Source: Escherichia phage T4_ev151. From it: a stretch of 64,000 nt of DNA. Each line of letters starts with the position of its first letter. Positions within the stretch are counted from its first letter, which is position 1. Below the pieces are notes generated by a model. That model worked only from the letters and a program-made list of their open reading frames with translations. It was not told the DNA's origin and made no database searches. This document shows positions 1 through 11,087 of this stretch, piece after piece. The position numbers were made by a program, and so were the translations under genes. The DNA is taken from sequence record LR597660. The stretch is one strand, 5' to 3'.

Positions 1-2
1 AA

Positions 3-104
3 GAGCTTCAGGATATGAGCGACGACTACGCGCCAGTTATATTTGTGGATTCGGTTCATTCTGCTGAGTATGTTCCAGTATCTCATGGTATGTCAATGGT
101 ATAA
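3..104 (+). CDS. 17: 3' end of upstream late gene, probably terminase large subunit; 5' part lies outside the window
   Basis: Open frame from window edge to TAA at 102-104, ending ...DYAPVIFVDSVHSAEYVPVSHGMSMV; sits directly upstream of gene 18 as gene 17 does in T4. Identity is by position only. Confidence 0.45.
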   Translation, partial: ELQDMSDDYAPVIFVDSVHSAEYVPVSHGMSMV

Positions 105-107
105 ATA
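100..107 (+). promoter_or_regulatory. T4-type late promoter box TATAAATA upstream of gene 18
   Basis: Exact TATAAATA 29 nt upstream of the gene 18 ATG; overlaps the stop of the upstream gene. Confidence 0.7.
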
Positions 108-135
108 TATTAAAGCATATTAAAGAGGATTAAAA

Positions 136-2115
136 ATGACTTTATTATCTCCGGGCATTGAGCTCAAAGAAACTACGGTTCAAAGCACCGTGGTTAATAA
201 CTCTACTGGTACAGCAGCTTTGGCCGGTAAATTCCAGTGGGGTCCTGCTTTTCAGATTAAACAGGTTACAAATGAAGTAGATTTAGTTAATACTTTTGGT
301 CAACCAACCGCTGAAACTGCTGACTATTTTATGTCTGCGATGAATTTCTTACAATACGGAAATGACTTACGAGTAGTTCGTGCTGTTGATAGAGATACCG
401 CTAAAAACTCATCACCAATCGCTGGTAATATTGAATATACAATTTCTACCCCAGGTAGTAACTATGCGGTTGGAGATAAAATCACGGTCAAATATGTTTC
501 AGATGATATTGAAACTGAAGGTAAAATTACTGAAGTAGACGCAGATGGAAAAATTAAGAAAATTAATATTCCTACTGCAAAAATTATCGCTAAAGCTAAA
601 GAAGTCGGTGAATACCCAACATTAGGTTCTAACTGGACTGCAGAAATTTCTTCGTCTTCCTCTGGTTTAGCCGCAGTAATAACTCTTGGAAAAATTATTA
701 CTGATTCTGGTATTTTATTAGCTGAAATTGAAAATGCTGAAGCTGCTATGACAGCGGTTGACTTTCAAGCAAATCTCAAAAAATACGGAATTCCAGGAGT
801 AGTAGCTCTTTATCCAGGCGAATTAGGCGATAAAATTGAAATTGAAATCGTATCTAAAGCTGACTATGCAAAAGGAGCTTCTGCATTACTCCCAATTTAT
901 CCAGGTGGTGGTACTCGTGCATCTACTGCCAAAGCAGTGTTTGGATATGGACCGCAAACTGATTCACAATACGCTATTATAGTTCGTCGCAATGATGCTA
1001 TTGTTCAAAGCGTTGTTCTTTCAACTAAGCGTGGTGAAAAAGATATTTACGATAGTAACATCTATATCGATGACTTTTTCGCAAAAGGTGGTTCAGAATA
1101 TATTTTTGCAACTGCACAAAACTGGCCAGAAGGCTTCTCTGGAATTTTAACTCTGTCTGGTGGATTATCATCAAATGCTGAAGTAACAGCAGGAGATTTG
1201 ATGGAAGCTTGGGACTTCTTTGCTGACCGTGAATCTGTTGACGTTCAACTGTTTATTGCAGGTTCTTGTGCCGGTGAATCTTTAGAAACAGCATCTACTG
1301 TCCAAAAACACGTCGTTTCAATTGGGGATGCTCGCCAAGATTGCTTAGTATTGTGCTCTCCTCCGCGTGAAACTGTAGTTGGAATTCCTGTAACTCGTGC
1401 AGTAGATAATTTAGTTAACTGGAGAACTGCGGCAGGTTCATACACTGATAATAACTTTAATATCAGTTCAACCTATGCAGCAATTGATGGTAACTATAAG
1501 TATCAGTATGACAAATATAATGATGTGAATCGTTGGGTTCCATTAGCAGCTGATATTGCTGGTTTATGCGCAAGAACTGATAACGTATCTCAGACTTGGA
1601 TGTCTCCAGCTGGTTATAATCGTGGCCAAATTTTGAACGTTATTAAACTGGCTATTGAAACTCGCCAGGCTCAGCGCGACCGTTTATACCAAGAAGCTAT
1701 CAACCCAGTGACTGGTACAGGTGGCGATGGTTACGTATTGTATGGTGATAAAACAGCTACTTCTGTTCCTTCTCCATTTGATCGTATTAACGTTCGTCGT
1801 CTGTTTAATATGTTGAAAACGAATATCGGACGTAGTTCAAAATATCGTTTGTTCGAATTAAACAACGCGTTTACTCGTTCATCATTCCGCACAGAAACTG
1901 CCCAGTACTTACAGGGAATTAAAGCTCTCGGTGGAATTTATGAATATCGTGTAGTTTGCGATACAACAAATAACACTCCGTCAGTAATTGATAGAAATGA
2001 GTTTGTTGCAACATTCTACATCCAACCTGCACGCAGTATAAATTATATCCAACTTAACTTCGTTGCGACTGCTACTGGTGCAGATTTCGATGAGTTGACT
2101 GGTCTTGCAGGTTAA
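136..2115 (+). CDS. 18: Contractile tail sheath protein gp18
   Basis: 659 aa, same length as T4 gp18; N-terminus MTLLSPGIELKETTVQSTVVNN; RBS AAAGAGGA upstream; followed by gene 19. Confidence 0.95.
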   Translation: MTLLSPGIELKETTVQSTVVNNSTGTAALAGKFQWGPAFQIKQVTNEVDLVNTFGQPTAETADYFMSAMNFLQYGNDLRVVRAVDRDTAKNSSPIAGNIEYTISTPGSNYAVGDKITVKYVSDDIETEGKITEVDADGKIKKINIPTAKIIAKAKEVGEYPTLGSNWTAEISSSSSGLAAVITLGKIITDSGILLAEIENAEAAMTAVDFQANLKKYGIPGVVALYPGELGDKIEIEIVSKADYAKGASALLPIYPGGGTRASTAKAVFGYGPQTDSQYAIIVRRNDAIVQSVVLSTKRGEKDIYDSNIYIDDFFAKGGSEYIFATAQNWPEGFSGILTLSGGLSSNAEVTAGDLMEAWDFFADRESVDVQLFIAGSCAGESLETASTVQKHVVSIGDARQDCLVLCSPPRETVVGIPVTRAVDNLVNWRTAAGSYTDNNFNISSTYAAIDGNYKYQYDKYNDVNRWVPLAADIAGLCARTDNVSQTWMSPAGYNRGQILNVIKLAIETRQAQRDRLYQEAINPVTGTGGDGYVLYGDKTATSVPSPFDRINVRRLFNMLKTNIGRSSKYRLFELNNAFTRSSFRTETAQYLQGIKALGGIYEYRVVCDTTNNTPSVIDRNEFVATFYIQPARSINYIQLNFVATATGADFDELTGLAG

Positions 2116-2131
2116 TACGGTGCATTCTAAA

Positions 2132-2149
2132 GGCCTGTTTCGGCAGGCC
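2132..2149 (+). other. GC-rich hairpin after gene 18 (GGCCTG-TTTCGG-CAGGCC)
   Basis: Inverted repeat 2132-2137/2144-2149 immediately 3' of the gene 18 stop; no T-run, so more likely an RNA stability or processing hairpin than a terminator. Confidence 0.5.
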
Positions 2150-2150
2150 A

Positions 2151-2158
2151 TATAAATA
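2151..2158 (+). promoter_or_regulatory. T4-type late promoter box TATAAATA
   Basis: Exact TATAAATA in the 18-19 intergenic region. Confidence 0.6.
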
Positions 2159-2209
2159 CACTATATCCTTAATTCTTTAATTCTATATGCCCTAGGTTAA
2201 ACATAGGGA

Positions 2210-2217
2210 TATAAATA
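2210..2217 (+). promoter_or_regulatory. T4-type late promoter box TATAAATA upstream of gene 19
   Basis: Exact TATAAATA 15 nt upstream of the gene 19 ATG. Confidence 0.65.
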
Positions 2218-2231
2218 CTACAGAGGCTAAT

Positions 2232-2723
2232 ATGTTTGTAGATGATGTAACACGAGCGTTTGAATCTGGTGATTTTGCTCGACCTAACTTATTCCAAGTA
2301 GAAATTTCTTATCTTGGACAAAATTTTACGTTTCAATGTAAAGCCACTGCTTTACCAGCTGGTATTGTAGAAAAAATTCCAGTCGGATTTATGAACCGTA
2401 AAATTAACGTAGCAGGCGATCGTACATTCGATGACTGGACTGTTACAGTAATGAACGATGAAGCTCATGATGCTCGCCAGAAGTTCGTTGATTGGCAAAG
2501 CATTGCTGCGGGGCAAGGAAACGAAATTACTGGTGGAAAACCTGCCGAGTATAAAAAGAGCGCTATCGTTCGTCAATACGCTCGTGACGCTAAAACAGTA
2601 ACAAAAGAAATTGAAATTAAAGGTCTGTGGCCTACTAACGTGGGTGAACTTCAATTAGATTGGGATTCAAACAATGAAATCCAAACCTTTGAAGTAACTC
2701 TTGCTCTCGATTATTGGGAATAA
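2232..2723 (+). CDS. 19: Tail tube protein gp19
   Basis: 163 aa; MFVDDVTRAFESGDFARPNLFQVEISYLGQNF...; length and position match T4 gp19. Confidence 0.95.
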   Translation: MFVDDVTRAFESGDFARPNLFQVEISYLGQNFTFQCKATALPAGIVEKIPVGFMNRKINVAGDRTFDDWTVTVMNDEAHDARQKFVDWQSIAAGQGNEITGGKPAEYKKSAIVRQYARDAKTVTKEIEIKGLWPTNVGELQLDWDSNNEIQTFEVTLALDYWE

Positions 2724-2730
2724 AATGAAT

Positions 2731-2744
2731 GGGGAGAAATCCCC
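2731..2744 (+). other. Hairpin GGGGA-GAAA-TCCCC after gene 19
   Basis: 5-bp GC stem with GAAA tetraloop, 8 nt after the gene 19 stop. Confidence 0.45.
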
Positions 2745-2755
2745 ATCCTGCTTAA

Positions 2756-4380
<1,625 letters not shown>

Positions 4381-4381
<1 letters not shown>

Positions 4382-4620
4382 TGGAAGGTTTAATTGAAGC
4401 TATTAAATCAAACGACCTCGTAGCCGCTCGTAAATTATTTGCTGAAGCCATGGCTGCAAGAACGATTGATTTAATTAAAGAAGAAAAAATCGCTATCGCT
4501 CGTAATTTCTTAATCGAAGGTGAAGAACCTGATGACGAGGATGATGACGAAGACGAAGATAGTGATGATAAAGACGACAAAAAAGACAAAGACTCTGACG
4601 AAGACGAGGATGATGAATAA
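4381..4620 (+). CDS. 67: Prohead core protein gp67 with acidic C-terminal tail
   Basis: 79 aa; [20 protein letters not shown]... followed by a D/E-rich tail; start overlaps the gene 20 stop. Confidence 0.8.
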
Positions 4621-5045
4621 TGCTTCTGATCCCTGAAACTCATGAATTAGTTCTCGAGAATGTCGAAGCACTTATTCCTGAAGCACAGGGTCGCTTTGAC
4701 GAATTGTCTTCTGCTTTAAATAAAGACGATATAAATACAATTGTCGAGAATATGCTTGATGATGAAACTGATTTAGCGGTTGCATTAGCTTCTATTAATG
4801 AAAATATGCCGTTAAATGAATTCATCGTTAAACATGTTTCCGCCCGTGGTGAAATTACTCGCACTAAAGACCGCAAAACGCGTGAACGTAATGCATTTCA
4901 AACCACTGGGCTGTCTAAAGCAAAACGTAGACAAATTGCTCGTAAAGCTACCAAAACGAAGATTGCCAATCCAGCAGGTCAATCTCGTGCTCAGCGTAAG
5001 CGTAAAAAAGCTCTTAAACGCCGTAAAGCATTAGGATTAAGCTAA
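4620..5045 (+). CDS. 68: Prohead core protein gp68
   Basis: 141 aa, basic C-terminus; ATG overlaps the gp67 stop (TAATG); position between 67 and 21 as in T4. Confidence 0.75.
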
Positions 5046-5683
5046 TGAATGAACCCCAATTACTAATTGAAACTTGGGGTCAACCTGGCGAAATTATTGA
5101 TGGCGTGCCAATGCTTGAATCTCACGATGGAAAAGACTTAGGTTTAAAACCGGGTTTATACATCGAAGGAATATTCATGCAAGCGGAAGTCGTCAATAGA
5201 AATAAACGTCTTTATCCAAAACGTATATTAGAAAAAGCGGTAAAAGACTATATTAATGAGCAAGTTTTAACTAAACAAGCTCTCGGAGAATTAAATCATC
5301 CTCCACGCGCTAATGTTGACCCGATGCAAGCCGCTATCATTATAGAAGATATGTGGTGGAAAGGAAATGACGTATACGGACGAGCTCGTGTTATTGAAGG
5401 TGACCATGGTCCTGGAGATAAATTAGCAGCTAATATTCGTGCCGGATGGATTCCAGGAGTTTCTTCTCGTGGATTAGGTTCATTGACTGACACAAATAAA
5501 GGTTATCGTATCGTAAACGAAGGATTCAAATTAACTGTAGGTGTTGATGCAGTATGGGGTCCAAGTGCTCCAGATGCATGGGTAACTCCTAAGGAAATTA
5601 CCGAATCACAGACGGCGGAAGCCGATACAAGTGCCGATGACGCCTATATGGCTCTCGCAGAGGCCATGAAAAAAGCGTTATAA
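5045..5683 (+). CDS. 21: Prohead core scaffold protease gp21
   Basis: 212 aa, same length as T4 gp21; start overlaps the gp68 stop. Confidence 0.9.
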   Translation: MNEPQLLIETWGQPGEIIDGVPMLESHDGKDLGLKPGLYIEGIFMQAEVVNRNKRLYPKRILEKAVKDYINEQVLTKQALGELNHPPRANVDPMQAAIIIEDMWWKGNDVYGRARVIEGDHGPGDKLAANIRAGWIPGVSSRGLGSLTDTNKGYRIVNEGFKLTVGVDAVWGPSAPDAWVTPKEITESQTAEADTSADDAYMALAEAMKKAL

Positions 5684-5686
5684 ATA
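5679..5686 (+). promoter_or_regulatory. T4-type late promoter box TATAAATA upstream of gene 22
   Basis: Exact TATAAATA overlapping the gene 21 stop codon, 28 nt upstream of the gene 22 ATG. Confidence 0.7.
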
Positions 5687-5713
5687 TTATTATCTAAACA
5701 ACAGGACTACAAA

Positions 5714-6523
5714 ATGCTTAAAGAACAACTGATTGCCGAAGCGCAGAAAATTGATGCTTCCGTTGCTCTTGATAGTATTTTCGAATCAGTTAATATTTCT
5801 CCGGAAGCAAAAGAAACTTTCGGCACTGTATTCGAAGCTACCGTCAAGCAGCACGCCGTTAAATTAGCTGAATCTCATATCGCTAAAATTGCTGAAAAAG
5901 CAGAAGAAGAAGTAGAAAAAAATAAAGAAGAAGCAGAAGAAAAAGCTGAGAAGAAAATCGCTGAGCAAGCTTCTAAATTCCTTGACCATCTTGCAAAAGA
6001 ATGGCTCACTGAAAATAAATTAGCAGTAGATAAAGGTATCAAAGCCGAACTGTTTGAATCCATGCTTGGTGGATTGAAAGAGCTCTTCGTTGAACACAAC
6101 GTTGTTGTTCCAGAAGAATCAGTTGATGTTGTAGCTGAAATGGAAGAAGAACTGCAAGAACATAAAGAAGAATCAGCTCGTCTGTTCGAAGAACTCAATA
6201 AGCGTGACGCATATATCAATTATGTGCAGCGTGAAGTGGCATTGAGCGAAAGTACTAAAGATCTGACTGAGTCTCAAAAAGAAAAAGTCTCTGCTCTGGT
6301 CGAAGGTATGGATTATTCAGATGCATTCTCAAGTAAATTGAGTGCAATCGTAGAAATGGTGAAGAAATCTAATAAAGATGAAAGCACTATTACTGAGAGT
6401 ATAAATACTCCTGATACTGAAGCAGCCGGACTGAATTTCGTCACTGAAGCTGTAGAAGATAAATCTGCACAAGGTGCAGAAGATATTGTAAGTGTATATG
6501 CGAAAGTCGCATCTCGTTTCTAA
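5714..6523 (+). CDS. 22: Prohead core scaffold protein gp22
   Basis: 269 aa, highly acidic coiled-coil-like; same length as T4 gp22. Confidence 0.9.
   Translation: MLKEQLIAEAQKIDASVALDSIFESVNISPEAKETFGTVFEATVKQHAVKLAESHIAKIAEKAEEEVEKNKEEAEEKAEKKIAEQASKFLDHLAKEWLTENKLAVDKGIKAELFESMLGGLKELFVEHNVVVPEESVDVVAEMEEELQEHKEESARLFEELNKRDAYINYVQREVALSESTKDLTESQKEKVSALVEGMDYSDAFSSKLSAIVEMVKKSNKDESTITESINTPDTEAAGLNFVTEAVEDKSAQGAEDIVSVYAKVASRF
6400..6407 (+). promoter_or_regulatory. T4-type late promoter box TATAAATA inside the gene 22 3' region, upstream of gene 23
   Basis: Exact TATAAATA (codons S-I-N-T of gp22), about 135 nt upstream of the gene 23 ATG. Confidence 0.6.
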
Positions 6524-6541
6524 TTTTAAAGGTTAACACAA

Positions 6542-8107
6542 ATGACTATCAAAACTAAAGCTGAACTTTTGAACAAATGGAAGCCATTACTGGAAGGTGA
6601 AGGTTTACCGGAAATTGCTAATAGCAAACAAGCGATTATCGCTAAAATCTTTGAAAACCAGGAAAAAGATTTCCAGACAGCTCCGGAATATAAAGACGAA
6701 AAAATTGCTCAGGCATTCGGTTCTTTCTTAACAGAAGCTGAAATCGGTGGTGACCACGGTTACAATGCTACCAACATCGCTGCAGGTCAGACTTCTGGAG
6801 CAGTAACTCAGATTGGCCCAGCTGTTATGGGTATGGTACGTCGTGCTATTCCTAACCTGATTGCTTTCGATATTTGTGGTGTTCAGCCAATGAACAGCCC
6901 GACTGGCCAGGTATTCGCACTGCGCGCAGTATATGGTAAAGACCCAATCGCTTCCGGTGCTAAAGAAGCATTCCACCCAATGTATGGTCCAGATGCAATG
7001 TTCTCTGGTCAGGGTGCTGCTAAGAAATTCGCTGCTTTGAAAGCAAGTGATACTCTTGAAGTCGGAACTATTTACACTCACTTCTTCCAGGAAACTGGTA
7101 CAGTATATCTGCAAGCTACAGAAGTTAAACAAATTGATTCAGGCGCATCTGACGCAGACAAATTAGATGCTGAAATTAAGAAACAAATGGAAGCTGGTGT
7201 ACTGGTAGAAATCGCTGAAGGTATGGCTACTTCTATCGCTGAACTTCAGGAAGGTTTTAACGGTTCTACCGATAACCCATGGAATGAAATGGGCTTCCGT
7301 ATCGATAAGCAAGTTATCGAAGCTAAATCTCGTCAGCTGAAAGCTGCTTACTCTATTGAATTAGCACAAGACCTTCGCGCTGTTCACGGTATGGATGCTG
7401 ATGCTGAACTGTCTGGTATTCTGGCTACCGAAATTATGCTGGAAATCAACCGCGAAGTTGTTGATTGGATTAACTACTCCGCTCAGGTTGGTAAATCTGG
7501 TATGACCCTGACTCCGGGTTCTAAAGCTGGTGTATTTGACTTCCAGGATCCAATTGATATTCGTGGTGCTCGCTGGGCGGGTGAATCCTTTAAAGCTCTG
7601 TTGTTCCAGATTGACAAAGAAGCAGTTGAAATTGCTCGTCAGACTGGTCGTGGTGAAGGTAACTTCATTATCGCTTCCCGTAACGTAGTTAACGTTCTGG
7701 CTTCAGTTGATACCGGCATTTCTTATGCTGCACAGGGTCTGGCTACCGGCTTTAACACTGATACTACCAAGTCAGTATTTGCTGGTGTTCTGGGTGGTAA
7801 ATACCGTGTATATATCGACCAGTATGCTAAACAGGATTATTTCACTGTAGGTTATAAAGGTCCGAACGAAATGGATGCTGGTATTTACTATGCTCCATAT
7901 GTAGCTCTGACTCCGCTGCGTGGTTCCGATCCGAAGAACTTCCAACCGGTAATGGGATTCAAAACTCGTTACGGTATCGGTATCAACCCATTTGCAGAAT
8001 CCGCTGCTCAGGCTCCGGCTTCTCGCATCCAGAGCGGTATGCCTTCTATTCTGAATAGCCTTGGTAAGAACGCTTACTTTAGACGTGTATATGTTAAAGG
8101 TATCTAA
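6542..8107 (+). CDS. 23: Major capsid protein gp23
   Basis: 521 aa, same length as T4 gp23; MTIKTKAELLNKWKPLLEGEGLPEIANSKQAIIAKIF... Confidence 0.97.
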   Translation: MTIKTKAELLNKWKPLLEGEGLPEIANSKQAIIAKIFENQEKDFQTAPEYKDEKIAQAFGSFLTEAEIGGDHGYNATNIAAGQTSGAVTQIGPAVMGMVRRAIPNLIAFDICGVQPMNSPTGQVFALRAVYGKDPIASGAKEAFHPMYGPDAMFSGQGAAKKFAALKASDTLEVGTIYTHFFQETGTVYLQATEVKQIDSGASDADKLDAEIKKQMEAGVLVEIAEGMATSIAELQEGFNGSTDNPWNEMGFRIDKQVIEAKSRQLKAAYSIELAQDLRAVHGMDADAELSGILATEIMLEINREVVDWINYSAQVGKSGMTLTPGSKAGVFDFQDPIDIRGARWAGESFKALLFQIDKEAVEIARQTGRGEGNFIIASRNVVNVLASVDTGISYAAQGLATGFNTDTTKSVFAGVLGGKYRVYIDQYAKQDYFTVGYKGPNEMDAGIYYAPYVALTPLRGSDPKNFQPVMGFKTRYGIGINPFAESAAQAPASRIQSGMPSILNSLGKNAYFRRVYVKGI

Positions 8108-8122
8108 TCTTTGACGATTTAA

Positions 8123-8147
8123 GGGACCTTCGGGTCCCTTTAGTTGT
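8123..8147 (+). terminator. Rho-independent terminator after gene 23
   Basis: GGGACC-TTCG-GGTCCC hairpin (8123-8138) followed by a T-rich tract. Confidence 0.75.
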
Positions 8148-8155
8148 TTTTATGG

Positions 8156-8163
8156 TATAAATA
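8156..8163 (+). promoter_or_regulatory. T4-type late promoter box TATAAATA upstream of gene 24
   Basis: Exact TATAAATA 28 nt upstream of the gene 24 ATG. Confidence 0.7.
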
Positions 8164-8190
8164 AATCATATAAACCAAAAGGAAAGCGCA

Positions 8191-9474
8191 ATGGCTAAAA
8201 TCAACGAACTTCTGCGCGAATCAACCACAACGAATAGCAACTCAATCGGTCGCCCAAATCTCGTTGCTTTGACTCGCGCTACCACTAAATTAATATATTC
8301 TGACATTGTAGCAACGCAAAGAACTAATCAACCTGTTGCTGCTTTTTATGGTATCAAATACCTTAACCCAGACAATGAATTTACATTTAAAACTGGTGCT
8401 ACTTATGCTGGCGAAGCTGGATATGTAGACCGAGAACAAATCACAGAATTAACAGAAGAGTCTAAATTAACTCTCAATAAAGGCGATTTATTCAAATATA
8501 ATAATATCGTTTATAAAGTATTAGAAGATACACCATTTGCTGATATTGAAGAAAGCGATTTAGAATTGGCTCTTCAGATTGCAATTGTTCTTTTAAAGGT
8601 TCGTCTATTTTCTGACGCAGCGTCAACAAGCAAATTTGAAAGCTCTGATAGTGAAATTGCGGATGCTAGATTCCAGATTAATAAATGGCAAACCGCAGTT
8701 AAATCTCGCAAACTTAAAACTGGTATCACAGTTGAATTAGCACAAGATTTAGAAGCAAATGGATTCGATGCTCCTAATTTCTTGGAAGATTTGCTTGCAA
8801 CTGAAATGGCAGATGAAATCAATAAAGATATTCTGCAGTCTTTGATTACAGTGTCAAAACGCTATAAAGTTACAGGAATTACTGATACTGGATTCATCGA
8901 TTTGAGTTATGCATCTGCACCTGAAGCTGGTCGTTCATTATACCGAATGGTATGTGAAATGGTTTCGCATATCCAAAAAGAATCAACTTATACAGCAACG
9001 TTCTGTGTTGCTTCTGCTCGTGCCGCTGCGATTCTTGCTGCTTCAGGTTGGTTAAAACATAAACCAGAAGATGACAAATATCTTTCACAAAATGCCTATG
9101 GGTTTTTAGCTAATGGTTTACCACTTTATTGCGATACTAACAGCCCATTAGATTATGTAATCGTTGGCGTAGTAGAAAATATCGGTGAAAAAGAAATTGT
9201 TGGATCAATTTTCTATGCTCCGTATACAGAAGGTCTCGACTTAGATGACCCTGAACATGTAGGTGCATTTAAAGTTGTTGTTGATCCAGAAAGCTTGCAA
9301 CCGTCTATCGGTTTATTAGTTAGATATGCTTTATCTGCAAATCCTTACACCGTAGCAAAAGATGAAAAAGAAGCAAGAGTAATTGATGGTGGAGACATGG
9401 ATAAAATGGCGGGTCGTTCAGATTTGTCTGTTTTATTAGGTGTTAAGCTACCAAAAATTATCATTGATGAATAA
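8191..9474 (+). CDS. 24: Capsid vertex protein gp24
   Basis: 427 aa, same length as T4 gp24; gp23 paralogue by position. Confidence 0.93.
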   Translation: MAKINELLRESTTTNSNSIGRPNLVALTRATTKLIYSDIVATQRTNQPVAAFYGIKYLNPDNEFTFKTGATYAGEAGYVDREQITELTEESKLTLNKGDLFKYNNIVYKVLEDTPFADIEESDLELALQIAIVLLKVRLFSDAASTSKFESSDSEIADARFQINKWQTAVKSRKLKTGITVELAQDLEANGFDAPNFLEDLLATEMADEINKDILQSLITVSKRYKVTGITDTGFIDLSYASAPEAGRSLYRMVCEMVSHIQKESTYTATFCVASARAAAILAASGWLKHKPEDDKYLSQNAYGFLANGLPLYCDTNSPLDYVIVGVVENIGEKEIVGSIFYAPYTEGLDLDDPEHVGAFKVVVDPESLQPSIGLLVRYALSANPYTVAKDEKEARVIDGGDMDKMAGRSDLSVLLGVKLPKIIIDE

Positions 9475-9480
9475 AACAAA

Positions 9481-9505
9481 GGGACCGAAAGGTCCCTTTT
9501 TATTT
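9481..9505. terminator. Bidirectional terminator between convergent gene 24 (+) and rnlB (-)
   Basis: GGGACC-GAAA-GGTCCC hairpin (9481-9496) flanked by an A-run on one side and a T-run on the other. Confidence 0.75.
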
Positions 9506-10508
9506 AACTTACCAATTCAATCCAAGCCGGACGAAGTACATCTTGTACCATTTTAACTAATTCCTTTTTAACTAAAGAAGGATTATCTGCTTGAGTTAGA
9601 GTAATACCTTCACGAGAAGTTTCTTCCAAAATATCTTGAACAGTTAGTCCCATCACCTTTCCAAAATCTTTTGGACCAATTTCGCCAATTTTAGAAATAA
9701 CGTTATTTACTCGGTTTAGTGTAACGTAACAAGCTAAAATCCCCACCAATTTGTTATCAGCTTCTGACAGTTCAACTTTAGCTTTAATAAGCTTATCAGA
9801 CTTTTTCTTTTCACTAAATTTAGAATTCTTGCATTTGATGGCTACACGATTTCCATTATGAAGCCAAGAAGGATAACAAGGTTTCAATACATATCCTTCA
9901 GCGGTAAATACTTCGCCTTTGGCTTCAGCTTTCCAAACGCATTTATTTGCATCAACTAATCCAGCATGGTCTACTGTAAAATTATAATCTTGGACGACAG
10001 AATCTAAATCATTTGGCAATTTAATAAGCTCTTCAAATTTACCGCGACCTAAAAGTGGAGCCATTTTAAATTTAAATGTATTGCAGAATGATTCCATCAT
10101 ATAATCGTCGACATAAGTCACATCACCACTTTCTGTAGTGACAATAATGTCAAATACATAAAAATCTTTATCACCATAATCAACATTCTTCTGAATGCCA
10201 GGTCCAGCGAATTCGCCAAAGACTTGATAAGATACAACCGCTGAGGTTTCCATAATATTTTGTACTGCTTTAATGGAATCAGCGTAATTCTTTAAAATAA
10301 TTTCATAACCGAAGAAATCTTCAGCAGGAAGAATCGGTCCAGTACGTTTAGCACAAGTTACTTTATCACGCTCAATAATCAATGAGAAATTTGTGCCGTG
10401 AATCTTTTCACGAGCTACCCATTCGCCGCCAGTCAATCCTAAGCTATAAAGTTTTTCAATAAATTTAGAGTTGTAATGATTTTCAAGACTGCTATACTTT
10501 TTAAACAT
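9504..10508 (-). CDS. rnlB: RNA ligase 2
   Basis: 334 aa, same length as T4 Rnl2; nucleotidyltransferase lysine motif in ...[13 protein letters not shown]... Confidence 0.9.
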   Translation of the reverse strand: MFKKYSSLENHYNSKFIEKLYSLGLTGGEWVAREKIHGTNFSLIIERDKVTCAKRTGPILPAEDFFGYEIILKNYADSIKAVQNIMETSAVVSYQVFGEFAGPGIQKNVDYGDKDFYVFDIIVTTESGDVTYVDDYMMESFCNTFKFKMAPLLGRGKFEELIKLPNDLDSVVQDYNFTVDHAGLVDANKCVWKAEAKGEVFTAEGYVLKPCYPSWLHNGNRVAIKCKNSKFSEKKKSDKLIKAKVELSEADNKLVGILACYVTLNRVNNVISKIGEIGPKDFGKVMGLTVQDILEETSREGITLTQADNPSLVKKELVKMVQDVLRPAWIELVS

Positions 10509-10517
10509 AATTAATCC

Positions 10518-10796
10518 TCAAAATGTAATTTCTAACCAATCACCATCACGCTGATCACTATTGACTTTAAAGCTGAATCCTTCTTTTCTCAGCCAATCAC
10601 CAATTTCTTCAGTAATCAATTTATCACGAGCAATACAATAATAATTAAAATGTGTTTTACCTTGTTCAGCTGCTTTATTAGCAAGTTCCGAAAAATCTTT
10701 AATAAAACACTCTAGTTTAAACTGTTTACTTTTTAATGCTTTTTCACGTAATTGATTAGCAAAAGATTCATTTTCATAAAAATCATACTGTTCCAT
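10518..10796 (-). CDS. Hypothetical protein, 92 aa (T4 24.2 position)
   Basis: ORF with RBS, tightly packed between rnlB and the next ORF. Confidence 0.6.
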   Translation of the reverse strand: MEQYDFYENESFANQLREKALKSKQFKLECFIKDFSELANKAAEQGKTHFNYYCIARDKLITEEIGDWLRKEGFSFKVNSDQRDGDWLEITF

Positions 10797-10998
10797 TTTT
10801 CACCTTTTTATTAATATGTCTTTTTCTATAGACAACTTTTTCTCGAGTTTCAAATTTATTCTTAGCAGTCATAGCTCGAGCCCATAATACAGCCACTTCT
10901 TTTGCCTGTAAGTTCAATTCACGAGCAATTTCAATGAATGACTTTCCAGACTCATGAAGAGTAAACACCACAACCTCAGTTCTCATAATCAATCTCAT
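10783..10998 (-). CDS. Hypothetical protein, 71 aa (T4 24.3 position)
   Basis: ORF overlapping the start of the downstream ORF. Confidence 0.55.
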   Translation of the reverse strand: MRLIMRTEVVVFTLHESGKSFIEIARELNLQAKEVAVLWARAMTAKNKFETREKVVYRKRHINKKVKNGTV

Positions 10999-11054
10999 GT
11001 TATCGAGTTGGTGCCATTATATACATCATTTTCTGAGTGTGTTTTGTGTGCTTT

Positions 11055-11081
11055 CAAAATGAAGAAAGGGGCCGAAGCCCC
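11055..11081 (-). terminator. Terminator after hoc on the minus strand
   Basis: GGGGC-TTCG-GCCCC hairpin (11068-11081) followed on the minus strand by a U-rich tract. Confidence 0.6.
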
Positions 11082-11087
11082 TTATGA

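Noticed and set aside
1245-1445. 66-aa minus-strand ORF inside gene 18
   Set aside because: Antisense to a well-supported 659-aa gene, no RBS, low-complexity translation; shadow ORF.
2352-2654. 100-aa minus-strand ORF inside gene 19
   Set aside because: Entirely antisense to the tail tube gene; no start signals.
5875-6219. 114-aa Ser-rich minus-strand ORF inside gene 22
   Set aside because: Antisense to the acidic scaffold protein; same artefact as above.
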